A stretch of 64,000 nt of DNA from an uncultured virus (IMG/VR IMGVR_UViG_3300005588_000005) (Duplodnaviria; Heunggongvirae; Uroviricota; Caudoviricetes): the IMG/VR virus record IMGVR_UViG_3300005588_000005. One strand, given 5' to 3'. Below, piece after piece: positions 30,601 through 39,173 of the stretch (position 1 is the first letter of the stretch; the number at the start of each line of letters is the position of its first letter). The position numbers and the translations under genes are program-made. Under the pieces are notes generated by a model. It saw only the letters and a list, made by a program, of their open reading frames with translations. It was not told the origin of the DNA and ran no database searches.

Positions 30601-33166
30601 TCTTCGGTGGCGTCTCCACGTCAGAGATGCCAGCACGTTTTCGAGCAATTTTGGCCAATTCCGGATCCGTGTACCACCGTTCCCAGCGGGCAAGATCCTC
30701 TTTGGTCGCTTCGACCTGTTGTCGGATCTGGTCCATATCGCCGGTCAAACCCATCCGCCGGGCTTCTTCCGGTCGCTTTAGCGCGCCACGAACAGCAAGT
30801 ACTCGAGCTTTCTTCTCCCCGATGATCTCGGCGGCGGCTTTACTCAGCTGCTCAGCCTCCAAAATCGCGGAGTCGTCGAACCCGAACAGGTCGCCTTGGG
30901 TGGCTTCCGTTGTCCGCGGCGTCGATTTGACGGTCTGTAGGAAACCGCGAAGTTCGTCAACCGTTAGGTTTTTCGCCCTCGCGGTCCCAAGATTCTGGAT
31001 CCCTTCGTCGTCTCGGCCGATGTCGGCGATGACGGCTGCTTTGTCGGCTGGGAGTTTTCCGGCTCGGAAGCCTGCCCAGGTGTTATCGCTGGCATATTTT
31101 CCCAGAACGAATCCGGTTTTCCCTTTACCCCTTGCCAATAGCCCTCTTTCGTTGGCTTGGGGTTCGTCGATTCCGGACTCCCGGAAGAATTGGGCATAGT
31201 CATCTACGGTACCTTGACCTTCGAGGATGTTGATTTCCGCACCCAAGACACGCGCTTGGTCGGCGGTGACGCCATCGGATTCACGGACGATTTGTGCTGG
31301 CAACGTTGCCACCTTCTGCCGGCGCGCGAGCTCTGTCCGGTGGTGACCATTGACGGGGTATCGGTTCCCATCCTTGTCCTCCCACACGAGGATTGTCCCG
31401 GCAGCCAGCGGATTGAAGTCGCCTTCGAGCGGTTCGACCACTCCCGATTTGTTGGCGTTTTCCTTGAATTGGAACCGTTCTGGCTCCACTTTCAGGGATT
31501 CCACGTCAACATTGCTGATCGTTGCCCCCTGAACGGCAAACTCGGGTGTCGGTGTTTCCGCGGCGGTTTCGGGCTGAGTCGTGACAGTATCCTCACCGGA
31601 AGCGCTGTCCGATGTCTCGTCAGTCGGCAAATTGCCGGACGCGTCGTCGACTGGTGGTGCTTCCGGTGATTCTGTTGTCGCCGGTTCCGCGCCGGTCTGC
31701 GCCGGTTCCGACTCAGATTGGGCGTCGGTCGAACTCGAGGGGAAGTTTCGGACAAGGTCCAATGCCTCTTGAGCGTTCGCCCCAAGCCGGACGATCGGGA
31801 TTGGGCGATCGGGCTCGTCGGTCAAACCCTTCATCCACTGGTGATGCCCGTCGATCACATATCCGTCTTTGGACACGATAATCGCCCGCTCGGGGCCGTC
31901 GTACGATCTGGCCTTGTCGACCTTCGCCGGCGAGTACTCGGCCTGTGTCGGCTTCAGGTCCCCCGGGAGGGTTTCCTCTCGCTCGAATTCCACACCCCGC
32001 GACCGGGCGTACTGCGACAACGCCCCACGTTGCTCGCTCTTAATTTGCGGCATTTCTGCCCGTGGAACACCCAGCGACCCCGATTCCTCCGGGAATGGCT
32101 GGAATTCGGGCGTATCCTGCTCAGATTCAGCGGCAGGAGGTTCGGCAGGCATTTCGGTCGTCTCGGCCGGCGGAGGCGTCTCCGTCGATTCCGGGGCTTC
32201 CGGCGGGGCTGGCGTTTCTTCGTCAAGCTGTCCTTGGGCTCGTTGGCGGGATTCTTCTTCCTGCTGAAGTCGGACGCGTCGCGCTTCCAACAACTCCTCG
32301 AGCCTTTTCTTCCGGGCCATCCCCGTTTGTGCATTCTCGACGGCGCCGACCGCACCTTTTCCGGCCTTGATCATTCCAAGGGTGATAATCGACTGTGCCG
32401 AAGCTTCGGCGATCGATTGGAGTTGGTTCCCGGCGTCCGCCGCATCAGGATCGATCTCGCTGTACGCTGAGTTGACGTTTTGCAGGACGGCGATCGTCGA
32501 TTCCTCAACCATTTCCGGCGTGACTTCTTTCAACGCAAATTGCTTGAATCGGTCGGTGACCGCCTGTTTGACCGCTTGCCGCTTGGCTGATTGGGTGATT
32601 GCGCTTTCCGCACCACCTAATCCAACCTTTGAAAAAATGGCGGTTATCCCCACTTCAACAACAGCGTCACGCGCGGCAGCCTTGTGGGCATCCGGTTTAC
32701 TCAGACCTGCATCAACGCCAGCTGTGTACGATTGGTCGTAAGTCGTTGCACCGTAGTAAGCCAGCATCCCAGGAAGACCGCCCGCCGTTCCAGAACCAAC
32801 CATGCCGGGAATGTTCTGGGCGGCACCCATGGCCATCCTTGCCGGAAACCCAACTTTGCCCTCAGGGTACTGCTCAAACGCCGCGGATTGGCGTGCTTGG
32901 TTTGCTCGTACGATGTCGCCTGGATCTTCGACGTCAGAGCCTAGAACAGGCCCGAGGGTTTCAGGAGGAACCCCCACAGCCGTGGCTGCTCTCGCGGCCA
33001 GTGACTTGACTGGCGAAATCGCGCCTTCCGCAAACTGGCTGGCGATCATCTCAGGACCGCTCTTTTTTGCCACTTCCTCCCTGGCCAGCCTCAACCGCAT
33101 CATCGCGGCCAGATCGTTGGAGTATGCTTGATCGTCCGCAGCGGTTAAAAGCTTGCCTTGTGGCAT
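21629..33166 (-). CDS. Giant polyvalent virion/ejection protein (DarB-like): two ParB-like domains, N6-adenine methyltransferase, Strawberry-notch SF2 helicase, LPD38-like C-terminus
   Basis: VIDGHHQW (~31850), VNGHHR (~31345), QQFSTP / LEPSGGVG / MNPPF (29.65-29.37 kb), IGDGTGVGK (~28365), FDEAH (~28045), QGLGRGHRSNQ (~26845), IPKP (~22820). Confidence 0.88.
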   Translation of the reverse strand: MPQGKLLTAADDQAYSNDLAAMMRLRLAREEVAKKSGPEMIASQFAEGAISPVKSLAARAATAVGVPPETLGPVLGSDVEDPGDIVRANQARQSAAFEQYPEGKVGFPARMAMGAAQNIPGMVGSGTAGGLPGMLAYYGATTYDQSYTAGVDAGLSKPDAHKAAARDAVVEVGITAIFSKVGLGGAESAITQSAKRQAVKQAVTDRFKQFALKEVTPEMVEESTIAVLQNVNSAYSEIDPDAADAGNQLQSIAEASAQSIITLGMIKAGKGAVGAVENAQTGMARKKRLEELLEARRVRLQQEEESRQRAQGQLDEETPAPPEAPESTETPPPAETTEMPAEPPAAESEQDTPEFQPFPEESGSLGVPRAEMPQIKSEQRGALSQYARSRGVEFEREETLPGDLKPTQAEYSPAKVDKARSYDGPERAIIVSKDGYVIDGHHQWMKGLTDEPDRPIPIVRLGANAQEALDLVRNFPSSSTDAQSESEPAQTGAEPATTESPEAPPVDDASGNLPTDETSDSASGEDTVTTQPETAAETPTPEFAVQGATISNVDVESLKVEPERFQFKENANKSGVVEPLEGDFNPLAAGTILVWEDKDGNRYPVNGHHRTELARRQKVATLPAQIVRESDGVTADQARVLGAEINILEGQGTVDDYAQFFRESGIDEPQANERGLLARGKGKTGFVLGKYASDNTWAGFRAGKLPADKAAVIADIGRDDEGIQNLGTARAKNLTVDELRGFLQTVKSTPRTTEATQGDLFGFDDSAILEAEQLSKAAAEIIGEKKARVLAVRGALKRPEEARRMGLTGDMDQIRQQVEATKEDLARWERWYTDPELAKIARKRAGISDVETPPKKIGPQTSRGGDSNEEGLRDQEGRQEETEGQVDQPEAAAPPVETPAAPEEELSDIDKLVDAEFDAQTAPKPKKPKPTKKIGPQPPKKPKKKKPSISARRKKARQEADDLFNDFITKAKGKGLTGLDPELATIAVKYTLKELQYGALTFAEFAEKVYAKLPDEMRQKAVPYFESAWRRAHARGMTDDPGGRFSEVLTIVPDEQQQTTGSTKDMSPQQQDISLAKRAAKLLGTPDFDSKAFFSLADDVYGGSRAQGTYGDSRAYDALELAVNMRVSEMVSAADLTTRSVADVANVIGLIQDFLETVPRQRARTGEKDTLQQFSTPPHYGYVANWVANIRPTDVYLEPSGGVGGLAVFGKVAGADVYANEIDENRLSLMRELGFKGYHKQDADILAAALNGRVSPTVVVMNPPFSRAGRRHGNKKIIGTDRKQIQQALDLLPDGGRLVAIVGAGLHGQSKGMTKWLASSPYQVRANVEVNRDVYKGYGTTFPTRLLVFDKIPADPNVPTLNASVDTLTELAQTLEGIRNERSGNVEQTPSEREGDGSVDSPEANTGSNDDAQSPTGEPGGGRGSAGNGGGAKGGRPKRPNDGTSKRGGRSGRGTGKTGKRGKSSDGRSESGGTESTTGRVPDGVTARGISVTPITPESKKVEELSDSTYEPYAPSITVKGSQAHPASIVESAAMSAVNAPPITYTPSIDQSVIEGYTNENGENVGISIVQLEAIAAAGQSHQQLLPDGKTRRGYAIGDGTGVGKAREAAGIMLDNWNQGRKKAVWISKNFDLLGQAKEEWERVGGDPNDVLSHKNTKLGEPIGNTQGILFSTYGTIPRESGEDKPSRVDQLVNWLGEDFDGVIVFDEAHKMGNAIGSDKGSGRVAKEPSQTAKAGLALQERLPNARVVYMSATSATEVANLAYAPRLGLWGPGTQFADAKSFIDRITSGGVASMEVVASDMKAMGLYTSRNLAFDDGTKEGTVTFDRVEHNLTEDQTRGYDAASDAWISVLDNIEEALELTNNTNGRSFIMSQFWSKNQRFWNSVVMSMMVPTLIKNIETDMKNDKSVLIQLTSTGEAATERAMSRLKKDQSLEDVDVSPAYVLIELLEKAFPIHVHETFTDDNGNEQTRPALDRETGKKIVDPRAVAMRDALIDRVSRLPISNRSALDEIINHFGAKNVAEITGRRQRLVDKNGEVAVEKRGKNATGKDKEDFMNGKKRILIFSEAGGTGASYHADRTKENQQQRSHYLFQAGWRADIAVQGLGRGHRSNQSSAPILRLMEPNLHGYKRFVSTIARRLSQLGALTKGQRQAGDSGVFAAKDNLESTEATRALRQLFEDSIDGKIEGIDPDYFENRMGFKIVNKEGSALSSMPNMEKFLNRLLNLRTSEQAVLFEEFDRRLNEIVEAAIANDTLDQGLETIRSVGTKKVSEEVANVHSTGAITKHVVISVKEPVSVRSLDVAQKNYGKDLFGYFVSKKTGKVFLVSDAKATVQDSAGRYHPMGRQSGVESQRLSKLDNYKNTDNWREVSQQEGAALWNAEVEKHPGFVEKEMHLITGALLPVWNNLPDSNPKIKRALTEDGEQILGRVIDQEDLSDTLANLGMTYDGPQMDAGEAAAIVGRGGNLKLAGGWKVRMSSVEGEQMMELEGPTDSDFTVLQPTGVFSRRIGYRTRYFIPMDNPTPVLNHLMENGHAIIEVNRPKNRSNDYAEQMINAKRRKLGPMPKNARKANIIRRGDIVKTWHRLFDVPMRSGKTKRKTLGTYKSIDGRIAPEIVRLRESNNLDLLVDSHEIAHHIDRKMDLRARLRAFRRVDPIGHSIVLTQLKDLDYDNTRKASRDGGDVSEGIAEAFRHILTGTHTEGASHAKAIAWVHDEVLTHPVFGPAMAQAIQHVRQYDRMTPEDQILSQVGRTGQDLDRWQRARERFGQISFNGIREFVDESRVLKDIERFAKKKGYEGVGIEQAYLVYLMSAGSHASKAFENGLHSIRTLEPIGKHGVFSLAELVDNAEEEDKAIAYSYAKHTLFMQEKRKERGTGPYNSGIDPEVAKDFIAGLSDEEVAKYDRYALRISEILDDILEMRVDAGELTKKDADNIREYYGDNMFSLMRASDDDFKKAGARSFVNLPKSLLARSREGSDRPILHPVESLMRKIQQAYSSAARYRVSDILVQNLLGAEGMGVWGDEVAPGSTSFTFAIEEALRGLTENKIVTPEFAEDLKFARDIRLGTNVSQARIDSFAKRHGLDPKSDDFWSMADVVVMNTPDIMNLITLWRSDWTPNQQKATIVVRDRDGKNRMFSLERNLYELATGMRRENLPAWLNMLKASTKIFRAGAVNMSSGFGLFNLISDYLTFQSRSQYTVGPKTVLSPIEELLSVMVYKIGKSVGLPMDRWAPTNSLLVEMYEEGGGSLQSRIGYDIDSIGRGRRRAMRKLKHRRSLSEKLFYGPKETMMNVVDRMQDVIAISDMPPRLAEMRAYLKSKGYTIKGKQIFHEGQPVKALPEQIRIEMMSAGAEATVNFKRGGSTARVIDVFLPFFNASIQAHYRTAKQIKNMGTAERKKELFNTIAYMTAMIPAAIWYALDRVDDEDYQELESHDRDRFFTFGSDGVTDITIPKPRDTAIVFNLIEAAVAKLYEVELADKGSDLTDTMLRDLKGKVSTGGGPLRGAAEVWMNYDHFRQRAIEADYLKGKHKSLRTSPYTLKMSDEAGYQLGKSVGMSPLQFEHFMNSASGGAYSRWGRFAEGTVGVIGEKMGNQDLADVPKRKIGPRDVVPGMRAIYKGFFQSGSVNDVYEEASRLEQMIDLKASELGEPQNEAELEAYNKRYAEEIAPIEHRFHVLSDAQGVMSGIRKVEPKESGGARTFEYEPYINGIARDALGRPPLEHSPNPFTTTDPLPEPLHKMLVAKVNRMTEPAVALYDIPAKDTDEKPLRQRLREYEAMVKANRLWLMEHSDSPVIQEAIRNAKETKRYKDGAKALPRPKWDPKKETWAEHSAEMERYQLFQRLRRENTL

Positions 33167-35094
33167 CAGTGCATTCCGGGGTACTGGAATTTATCGGGAA
33201 GATTTTCGTATGTCTGCCGCTTTTCCTCTTTCGACAGACCCTTTGGCTTTTCTTTCTGACGCAAGTTCAGATTCTTGTCAAAGTACATCGCGCCGGGTGG
33301 AAGCTGTTTCAAAGCTTGCTCAAGTTCCTCACCCTCGTACGGAATTGTCGGCGTTCCAAGCAGTTCGTGATACTGCTTTTCCATCGTCGGCATGGTTCCC
33401 CAATGGTAGCGCTGACGCTTCTCACGAATTGCATCGGCAGCATTCTTTGCCGCGTATTCAATCGGATCTTGCCCAAGCTCTTGCCCAAGCTGCAGCGCAC
33501 GACTGGTCAAGAACTGACTGCCATCACCACCAATCTGGTTCGTTCTCAGGACGCGACGAAGGTAGCCAATGCCGTTCGTGTCGTTCTCCGAACCGGATTC
33601 GGCCCGTTTTTTGTACTCGTTGGTGACTTCTTCGGGGACTGCGTGCAAACGTTCTGTTTGCTCTGGCGTTTCCTCGGCACCGACATCGGCATTCCCGCTC
33701 ATCAGTTCTTCGGGAACCCTTCTCGGAACATCCTGTTGCTCGGACCACTGCTGAAGCGGACTGATCCTGTTGGTTTGACGTGGCTGATTTGGGACTTCCG
33801 GCATTCCACCTGCCTCTGGTGGCGCTGGGCGCGCTCCCGGAGCCGGCGGCAATGGTGAACCGCCTTGACCGCCCATGAAGTATTCCGGTACGCGTGAGGG
33901 AGAATCCTGCTTTGCCGACCACGCTTGGTACTGCCGCCGGCGAAGCTCCTCCTCTCCGCCGTAGATGTTTGCCTGAAGCTTTCGCTCATCGTCGAACAGG
34001 TTTTTCATCTCCGTGAACAATTCATCCGGGCTGATCTTCTTGCTCGGTTGCTTTCCATCAGCAAGAGCCTGCTGTTCCCTGCGGTCGTTAATCGATTCGA
34101 TCGCGCGTTGGCGAATTGTCTCGACGTTCTTTGGTGGCAATTCTTCAATACTGAACGCGTCCAACGGAATGTCTGTTCCACCCGAAGCCGAACCGCCTTC
34201 CGATCGGATCTTCCAATCCAACTCTTTTTCCTTCAGTTCCAACTCTCGCCGCAAGTCGGTAGCAGATTGGATCGGACGGCCTTCCCATCCTCCCTTGCTG
34301 TTCTTCTGAAGAAAGATCCCGGTTTCTGGGTCATACTGGCTGCCGATGATCTCTGTCGGCGTTGGCGGCACTTTTGTTTTCGATCCAAAATCCGCCTTCT
34401 GGTATTTGTCCAGCCAACCACCGATCGCCTGGTTGTACGCAGGAAGACGAAGGCTGTCCCGCTGGGCCTCGATCGCGCGAAGCTCCCCCGACATCGCTGC
34501 CCATTCCCGTTGGCCGTCTGGTGTCAATTCAGCTTCCGACATGTTCTTTCGAACGTCCGCAATCTGCGTTTCGAAAAGCTTTGTCGTCGCCATTTGGTGC
34601 ATTTGCTGATTGTGGGCCGACAAGCCCTGCAATCCGCCCTCCTGGTCAAGCTTGTGCTTTGCCATCAGCAATTCAAGATCGTTCGGCTGCCCCTCCTTCC
34701 AGGCTTGCTGACGTTCGGCCAACGCCGACTGCTGGTCGTAGTACCGATTCCGACCTTGAGCAGCAAGCAAATCGATCTCCGACCCTCGCCCGCCAAGAAT
34801 CGCTTTGGCCTTGGCTTCAACCTCCTTCAGGATCTGGCCGCGCTGGGCAATCTCTAACTCTGCACCAAACTCACGCTGGCGCTGTGCCATTTCGCTAGCG
34901 TTTTGACGCTGATCAAATTTGCGTTGATTCGCCGCGTTGGTGAAATCGGCAATAACCGGCGTCAAAGCCATCCGACGGTCGATCGCAGCCTGGTACTGTT
35001 GCATCGGTGTCGTGTACTGACCGGCGTCTTCAGGTCGAACCAAGCGCGTTCCACCGTCATACACACGGTCAAGAAAAGGCGAGTAAGTTGGCAT
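33166..35094 (-). CDS. Putative internal virion/ejection protein
   Basis: 642 aa, helical Q/E/A-rich; lies just upstream of the giant gene. Confidence 0.6.
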   Translation of the reverse strand: MPTYSPFLDRVYDGGTRLVRPEDAGQYTTPMQQYQAAIDRRMALTPVIADFTNAANQRKFDQRQNASEMAQRQREFGAELEIAQRGQILKEVEAKAKAILGGRGSEIDLLAAQGRNRYYDQQSALAERQQAWKEGQPNDLELLMAKHKLDQEGGLQGLSAHNQQMHQMATTKLFETQIADVRKNMSEAELTPDGQREWAAMSGELRAIEAQRDSLRLPAYNQAIGGWLDKYQKADFGSKTKVPPTPTEIIGSQYDPETGIFLQKNSKGGWEGRPIQSATDLRRELELKEKELDWKIRSEGGSASGGTDIPLDAFSIEELPPKNVETIRQRAIESINDRREQQALADGKQPSKKISPDELFTEMKNLFDDERKLQANIYGGEEELRRRQYQAWSAKQDSPSRVPEYFMGGQGGSPLPPAPGARPAPPEAGGMPEVPNQPRQTNRISPLQQWSEQQDVPRRVPEELMSGNADVGAEETPEQTERLHAVPEEVTNEYKKRAESGSENDTNGIGYLRRVLRTNQIGGDGSQFLTSRALQLGQELGQDPIEYAAKNAADAIREKRQRYHWGTMPTMEKQYHELLGTPTIPYEGEELEQALKQLPPGAMYFDKNLNLRQKEKPKGLSKEEKRQTYENLPDKFQYPGMH

Positions 35095-35103
35095 CGGAAT
35101 GTC

Positions 35104-35829
35104 TTAGAAAGAGGCGGAACGACTGGTAGACGTAGACGTAGACTTGGTCGGTTGGTTCAGGCCAATGCGGGCAGCAAGCTCGGCGATGATCTGACCCAAC
35201 TCACTGTCCTTTGTGATTTGGTCAGCGCGTGCGGAGTCCATGGACGTCAACCGCTGCAACAAGGTTCCGATCGACTGGTTCCGCAGCGACTCGGACAACT
35301 GTCCCTGTGCTTCAAGGCGATTGCGTTCAACGCCCTGCTGAAGCGTTGGGAGGACGGTCGACGCCATCAGACCGCGGCCGGCAAGTTGCGCGGCAACGGA
35401 ATTCCTTTGGCTCGTGGCGTCGCGATCGATCCGCTGACGGTCGTACTCGCCGAGTTCACCAACCATCCCTTGAAGCTGATCAAACCCAGCCGAAAGGGCA
35501 TTGAGCCGATCCGTCTGAAGATTGTTCGTGTCGCCACGAAGGGTTTTTGCGTATTCCATTGCTTGCGCAAGCTGGGCGTCCGTCGCCTTCTTGGCGTCGT
35601 AGTCAATTGAATTGGTCGACTGGCTGGTGTTCGTCGAGCCTGAATTGACTCTTGAAAAGTTCGAACCAAGAGCCTGGCCAACCCCACCGGTGGTATTGGT
35701 GCTCGAAATCGACCACATGTTTCCATTCGTTCTTGGCGCTCCGTTCGATCCGATCGTCGGCGTTCCGTTGAAGTTGGACCCCAAAGTACTGGTGCTGCGA
35801 GGCAGGAAGCGGGACATCGAAAGAGGCAT
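35104..35829 (-). CDS. Putative internal virion/ejection protein
   Basis: S/T/G/N-rich N-terminus, helical region with LAGRGL; AGGAG RBS. Confidence 0.6.
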   Translation of the reverse strand: MPLSMSRFLPRSTSTLGSNFNGTPTIGSNGAPRTNGNMWSISSTNTTGGVGQALGSNFSRVNSGSTNTSQSTNSIDYDAKKATDAQLAQAMEYAKTLRGDTNNLQTDRLNALSAGFDQLQGMVGELGEYDRQRIDRDATSQRNSVAAQLAGRGLMASTVLPTLQQGVERNRLEAQGQLSESLRNQSIGTLLQRLTSMDSARADQITKDSELGQIIAELAARIGLNQPTKSTSTSTSRSASF

Positions 35830-35851
35830 AGGAGTTCTCCTGTCAGAGTTT

Positions 35852-35931
35852 TACTGACATTCATGTCAGTAGATAAAACACGGGGTTTTAGACGATTTGA
35901 AAATGATTTTATGTCTCCGTCGTCGAATTGG
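35852..35931 (+). repeat. Dispersed tripartite element, copy 2
   Basis: TACTGACAttcaTGTCAGTA-GATAAAACACGGGGTTTTA...ATGTCTCCGTCGTCGAATTGG. Confidence 0.9.
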
Positions 35932-36663
35932 TTACTCGCGGATGAACACCAAACTGGCGGTTAAATCGCCCCAGGTGCCCACCCCAACGTTGGTCACTTC
36001 GATCTCCAAGACATCGTTGAATTCAAATCTGTAGTACGTCTTGTCAATTTCTCCGAGTCCAGAGTATCCACCATTGACCTGGACACCGTCACCGGAGTTT
36101 GCCAACAAGACTCGGTCGCCATTCTTCAGAATGTTAATGTACGGTCCGGTTGACCCGGTTGTCTTCGCAAATGCTGCGACCTGGCAAAGGTATGCCGTGC
36201 TCTCCAACCAAAGCCTTGCTTTCTTCGCTGTGGTGGCAAGCAGCGTCGTCGTCGTCCCGCCGTTGAATGTCCCGGCGACATCAATGTCCTTCTGAAGTGA
36301 GATTTCAGGCGATCCGATTTCCAGCGAATCAACGTCGACGTTCGTTGCAAGCCTTGGTCCAACCAGAAGGATGTAAGCCGCCTGCACGTCAGTGACGTAA
36401 AAGTAGAGATACGTTCCACCCTGCAAAACACGCACAGGGTAGTACTCCAAAATGCCGGACGAATCCGACATATTGATTTGGTACGTTTGTGGCGGAGTGG
36501 CGTCGTAATCGGCGGACGGTATCACTTGCCATCGTGAATTCGACGAGATGGCTGTGCGAAGTGCCGAGTATTCGATACCGCGAACAACGCTGCCCTGAAG
36601 GATCGCAATGATGTCGCTGTTCGTTAAAGCTACTGCTGTAGCGAGTTCTGAAAACTTGGTCAT
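35932..36663 (-). CDS. Tail-associated protein
   Basis: TKFSELATAVALTNSDIIAILQG fibre-type N-terminus; beta-rich. Confidence 0.6.
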   Translation of the reverse strand: MTKFSELATAVALTNSDIIAILQGSVVRGIEYSALRTAISSNSRWQVIPSADYDATPPQTYQINMSDSSGILEYYPVRVLQGGTYLYFYVTDVQAAYILLVGPRLATNVDVDSLEIGSPEISLQKDIDVAGTFNGGTTTTLLATTAKKARLWLESTAYLCQVAAFAKTTGSTGPYINILKNGDRVLLANSGDGVQVNGGYSGLGEIDKTYYRFEFNDVLEIEVTNVGVGTWGDLTASLVFIRE

Positions 36664-37373
36664 CACAGACCCTTTGACTGAAGGAGGGAAATTGCGGTGT
36701 TCAGATCATCTTGGATGTCTTCAACAAACCCGATGATTTGCAAAAAGATTGCATTGATCTGAGCATGGTGTGTCGAGTTCCATGTCGCTTGCGATACGGA
36801 ACCGCTCGGAGTTGTGTAGTTGTCAAACGGCAATGGGCTGTAGGCGGCAGTGCTTACCGACAGACCTGCTGGCGAACCATACGACAGATACCAGATGTTC
36901 GGCGCGAGAACCTTGTACAGGTTCCCGGACGTGTCTGTCATTATCAGGTATCGGGATGTGAGGGTTGTTGTTGTCGTCGCATCGGAGAAATCAACCGTGA
37001 TCGAATCGGTAGCGAATTCCAGGTAATCGCCAAGCTTGACTTTCAGCTGCTCGCTGACGACTTCCAAACCCTGGCCGTAAAGAAGCTGGACAACACCGGA
37101 TGCAACCGTGATCGGCGACAACGCTCCGACCGTGAGTGCATTGTCATCGAAGTACAAACCAAGACCGATGTCGAGGGTAAGGTTCCTGTCCTCATCGATC
37201 GCAATTCCGTTGCCTTCGGAAATGACGTAATCCGCCTCGTTCAAGAGCTGCAGCGCGTCCCAGATTTTGTTGACGCGCTGGCCAATCCGGTCAAAGCTGA
37301 ATCGCACTTGTTGGCGTGAAGCGATGTCCGGCGGAGTTCGGAACGGCAAGTCTTGTGGAAGCTCAATCGCCAT
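36663..37373 (-). CDS. Tail fibre/needle-like protein
   Basis: Repeats of GNGIAID / GLGLYFD / GQGLEVV / GDYLEF. Confidence 0.6.
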   Translation of the reverse strand: MAIELPQDLPFRTPPDIASRQQVRFSFDRIGQRVNKIWDALQLLNEADYVISEGNGIAIDEDRNLTLDIGLGLYFDDNALTVGALSPITVASGVVQLLYGQGLEVVSEQLKVKLGDYLEFATDSITVDFSDATTTTTLTSRYLIMTDTSGNLYKVLAPNIWYLSYGSPAGLSVSTAAYSPLPFDNYTTPSGSVSQATWNSTHHAQINAIFLQIIGFVEDIQDDLNTAISLLQSKGL

Positions 37374-39171
37374 ATCGTTTCAATCCTGCTTTCTGAACTT
37401 CGCCGACCATCATCTCAAATGCCCAGTCGGTTGTTGCGGCAATCCTGATCGCCATCGAGCCACCGCGGCGACGCGGACGAATGACCTTAGACTGACCGCC
37501 GCCGATGGTGACAGAGTATGCCGGGGACGTTGCGGCAGTTGCGGCTTCAACGACCTGCTCTGCTGTTTCGTCGACATAGATCTCGACAGTCACATCAGAA
37601 CTGAGCGTGTCCAACGTCACTTGCAAGGTGTTCAAGATCCCTTCGACACGCCTGGAATCGTCAAGCTGATATGGGCCGAAAACGATCTCGCTGCTGATTG
37701 CCGTTCCGTCGTCGTCGCTCCCGCCAAGTTCCCGGATGTAGCCATCCTTGCACAGCATGACCAACTTGCGTTTGAACGTTGGGTTTCCTGAAAACCCAAG
37801 GGCGGATATTGGCTGGTGCCCTGTCTGGAATCGCCACTTCCAAAACGATTGGGTTTCGGTGTCAAACCACCAATGAATAACTTCGGCCGAATCCTTTGGA
37901 GTGATGAAGATTGCGATACCCTCATACTCCGAATCGTACACAAGGGTGGTTTCGTAGTTGTCCCTCGCGGCGTTCTGAAGTTCTCGAGGGATGTTCGGTT
38001 TCGAAATGGCTTGCGGTCCAGAATCAACATTTGCATCAAGCCGATACATTCCGTTCTTTGACAAGAAGAAGATTTCTTCCGATTCCCCGCGACACCAAGC
38101 GGATGAGTCAACGCAGCCAATATGCTTGTCGATCGCGTAAAGCTGACCACCGTAAACAGGGTCACCGCGAAGAACCCACGTTGAATCCTCGCCCCACATG
38201 ATCAGGTAATCGTACCCACCAGCCGCCATCGCAATGATCGGATCACCAGGCTGGCCGGAATCGCTGCTTACCGACGAAACTGCCCTTCCTAAGTCGTCTG
38301 CGTCAGCACCGTAGTCGTAATCGTAAATGTCCCCAACCCGGGACATGTACCAAGCACGACCAACAGCCCAGACCAGCCGTTCCCGGTAGACCGTCAACGC
38401 CCTCGCGCCGGTGGGAACGTATCCGGTGGTCGGAATCAGCTGCTCAAGGATCTCGTTGTCGAAGTCGAGGATCTTCGGCCCTTCGATCACAGAGTACGTG
38501 ACTGATCCGGATCCAGTGATGCCGGCGATGGTGATATTCAACGTGTCGACGTCCTGGATCTGGTACACGCCGTTGAAATCGCCGTTTAGCTGGATGCTGT
38601 GAACTTCCAGGTCGATCCCCAGCGCCGTCCAGTCAGCAACGTCGGTTGACGAAAGCCTCCCGTCAACGATCGTCCCGACCGACGTCGAAAGGACTGTTCC
38701 GGATCCAGCAATGATCAACGTGCCCTGGTATGTCGTAACTTCGCCACGCGGAACCTCGCCAACGTTGTATTCACTGACGACAAGCGGTTCGGGGACCTCT
38801 GTTTCAAGCGGATCGCCGTTGTTGGCTTCCAAGTATCCCGAAAGGGCATTCAGCGTTTCGGTGTAGGTGATCCCGCCAGCCACGCCCGACGGGGTTGCCA
38901 ACGACTGGTATGCGTTGACTGTCGTCGCGGCCACGAGCGTCCTGTACGGTTCACCCGCAACCGTAACAAGATCAAGGATGAATTGCGGATCATCTTCCAG
39001 CAGCGTTGCGAATCGCTTTGTCAAACCCGGCCGGCGACCACCACGCGCGCGTCCTCGCGCCGTGTCCGGAAACACGTTGGTGGCGTGATAGCAAGTCTGG
39101 ATTTCTTGCTCTTGGAAGGCGACTCGGCGAACGATTCCGCCAAGCGGGAACGGGATCCGGATCTCGGACAT
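37363..39171 (-). CDS. Podovirus tail nozzle/hub protein (P22 gp10 / T7 tubular B-like)
   Basis: 602 aa beta-rich; RRPGL near the N-terminus, IGCVD, IFFLSKNGMYRL; gene position. Confidence 0.7.
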   Translation of the reverse strand: MSEIRIPFPLGGIVRRVAFQEQEIQTCYHATNVFPDTARGRARGGRRPGLTKRFATLLEDDPQFILDLVTVAGEPYRTLVAATTVNAYQSLATPSGVAGGITYTETLNALSGYLEANNGDPLETEVPEPLVVSEYNVGEVPRGEVTTYQGTLIIAGSGTVLSTSVGTIVDGRLSSTDVADWTALGIDLEVHSIQLNGDFNGVYQIQDVDTLNITIAGITGSGSVTYSVIEGPKILDFDNEILEQLIPTTGYVPTGARALTVYRERLVWAVGRAWYMSRVGDIYDYDYGADADDLGRAVSSVSSDSGQPGDPIIAMAAGGYDYLIMWGEDSTWVLRGDPVYGGQLYAIDKHIGCVDSSAWCRGESEEIFFLSKNGMYRLDANVDSGPQAISKPNIPRELQNAARDNYETTLVYDSEYEGIAIFITPKDSAEVIHWWFDTETQSFWKWRFQTGHQPISALGFSGNPTFKRKLVMLCKDGYIRELGGSDDDGTAISSEIVFGPYQLDDSRRVEGILNTLQVTLDTLSSDVTVEIYVDETAEQVVEAATAATSPAYSVTIGGGQSKVIRPRRRGGSMAIRIAATTDWAFEMMVGEVQKAGLKRYGD

Positions 39172-39173
39172 GG

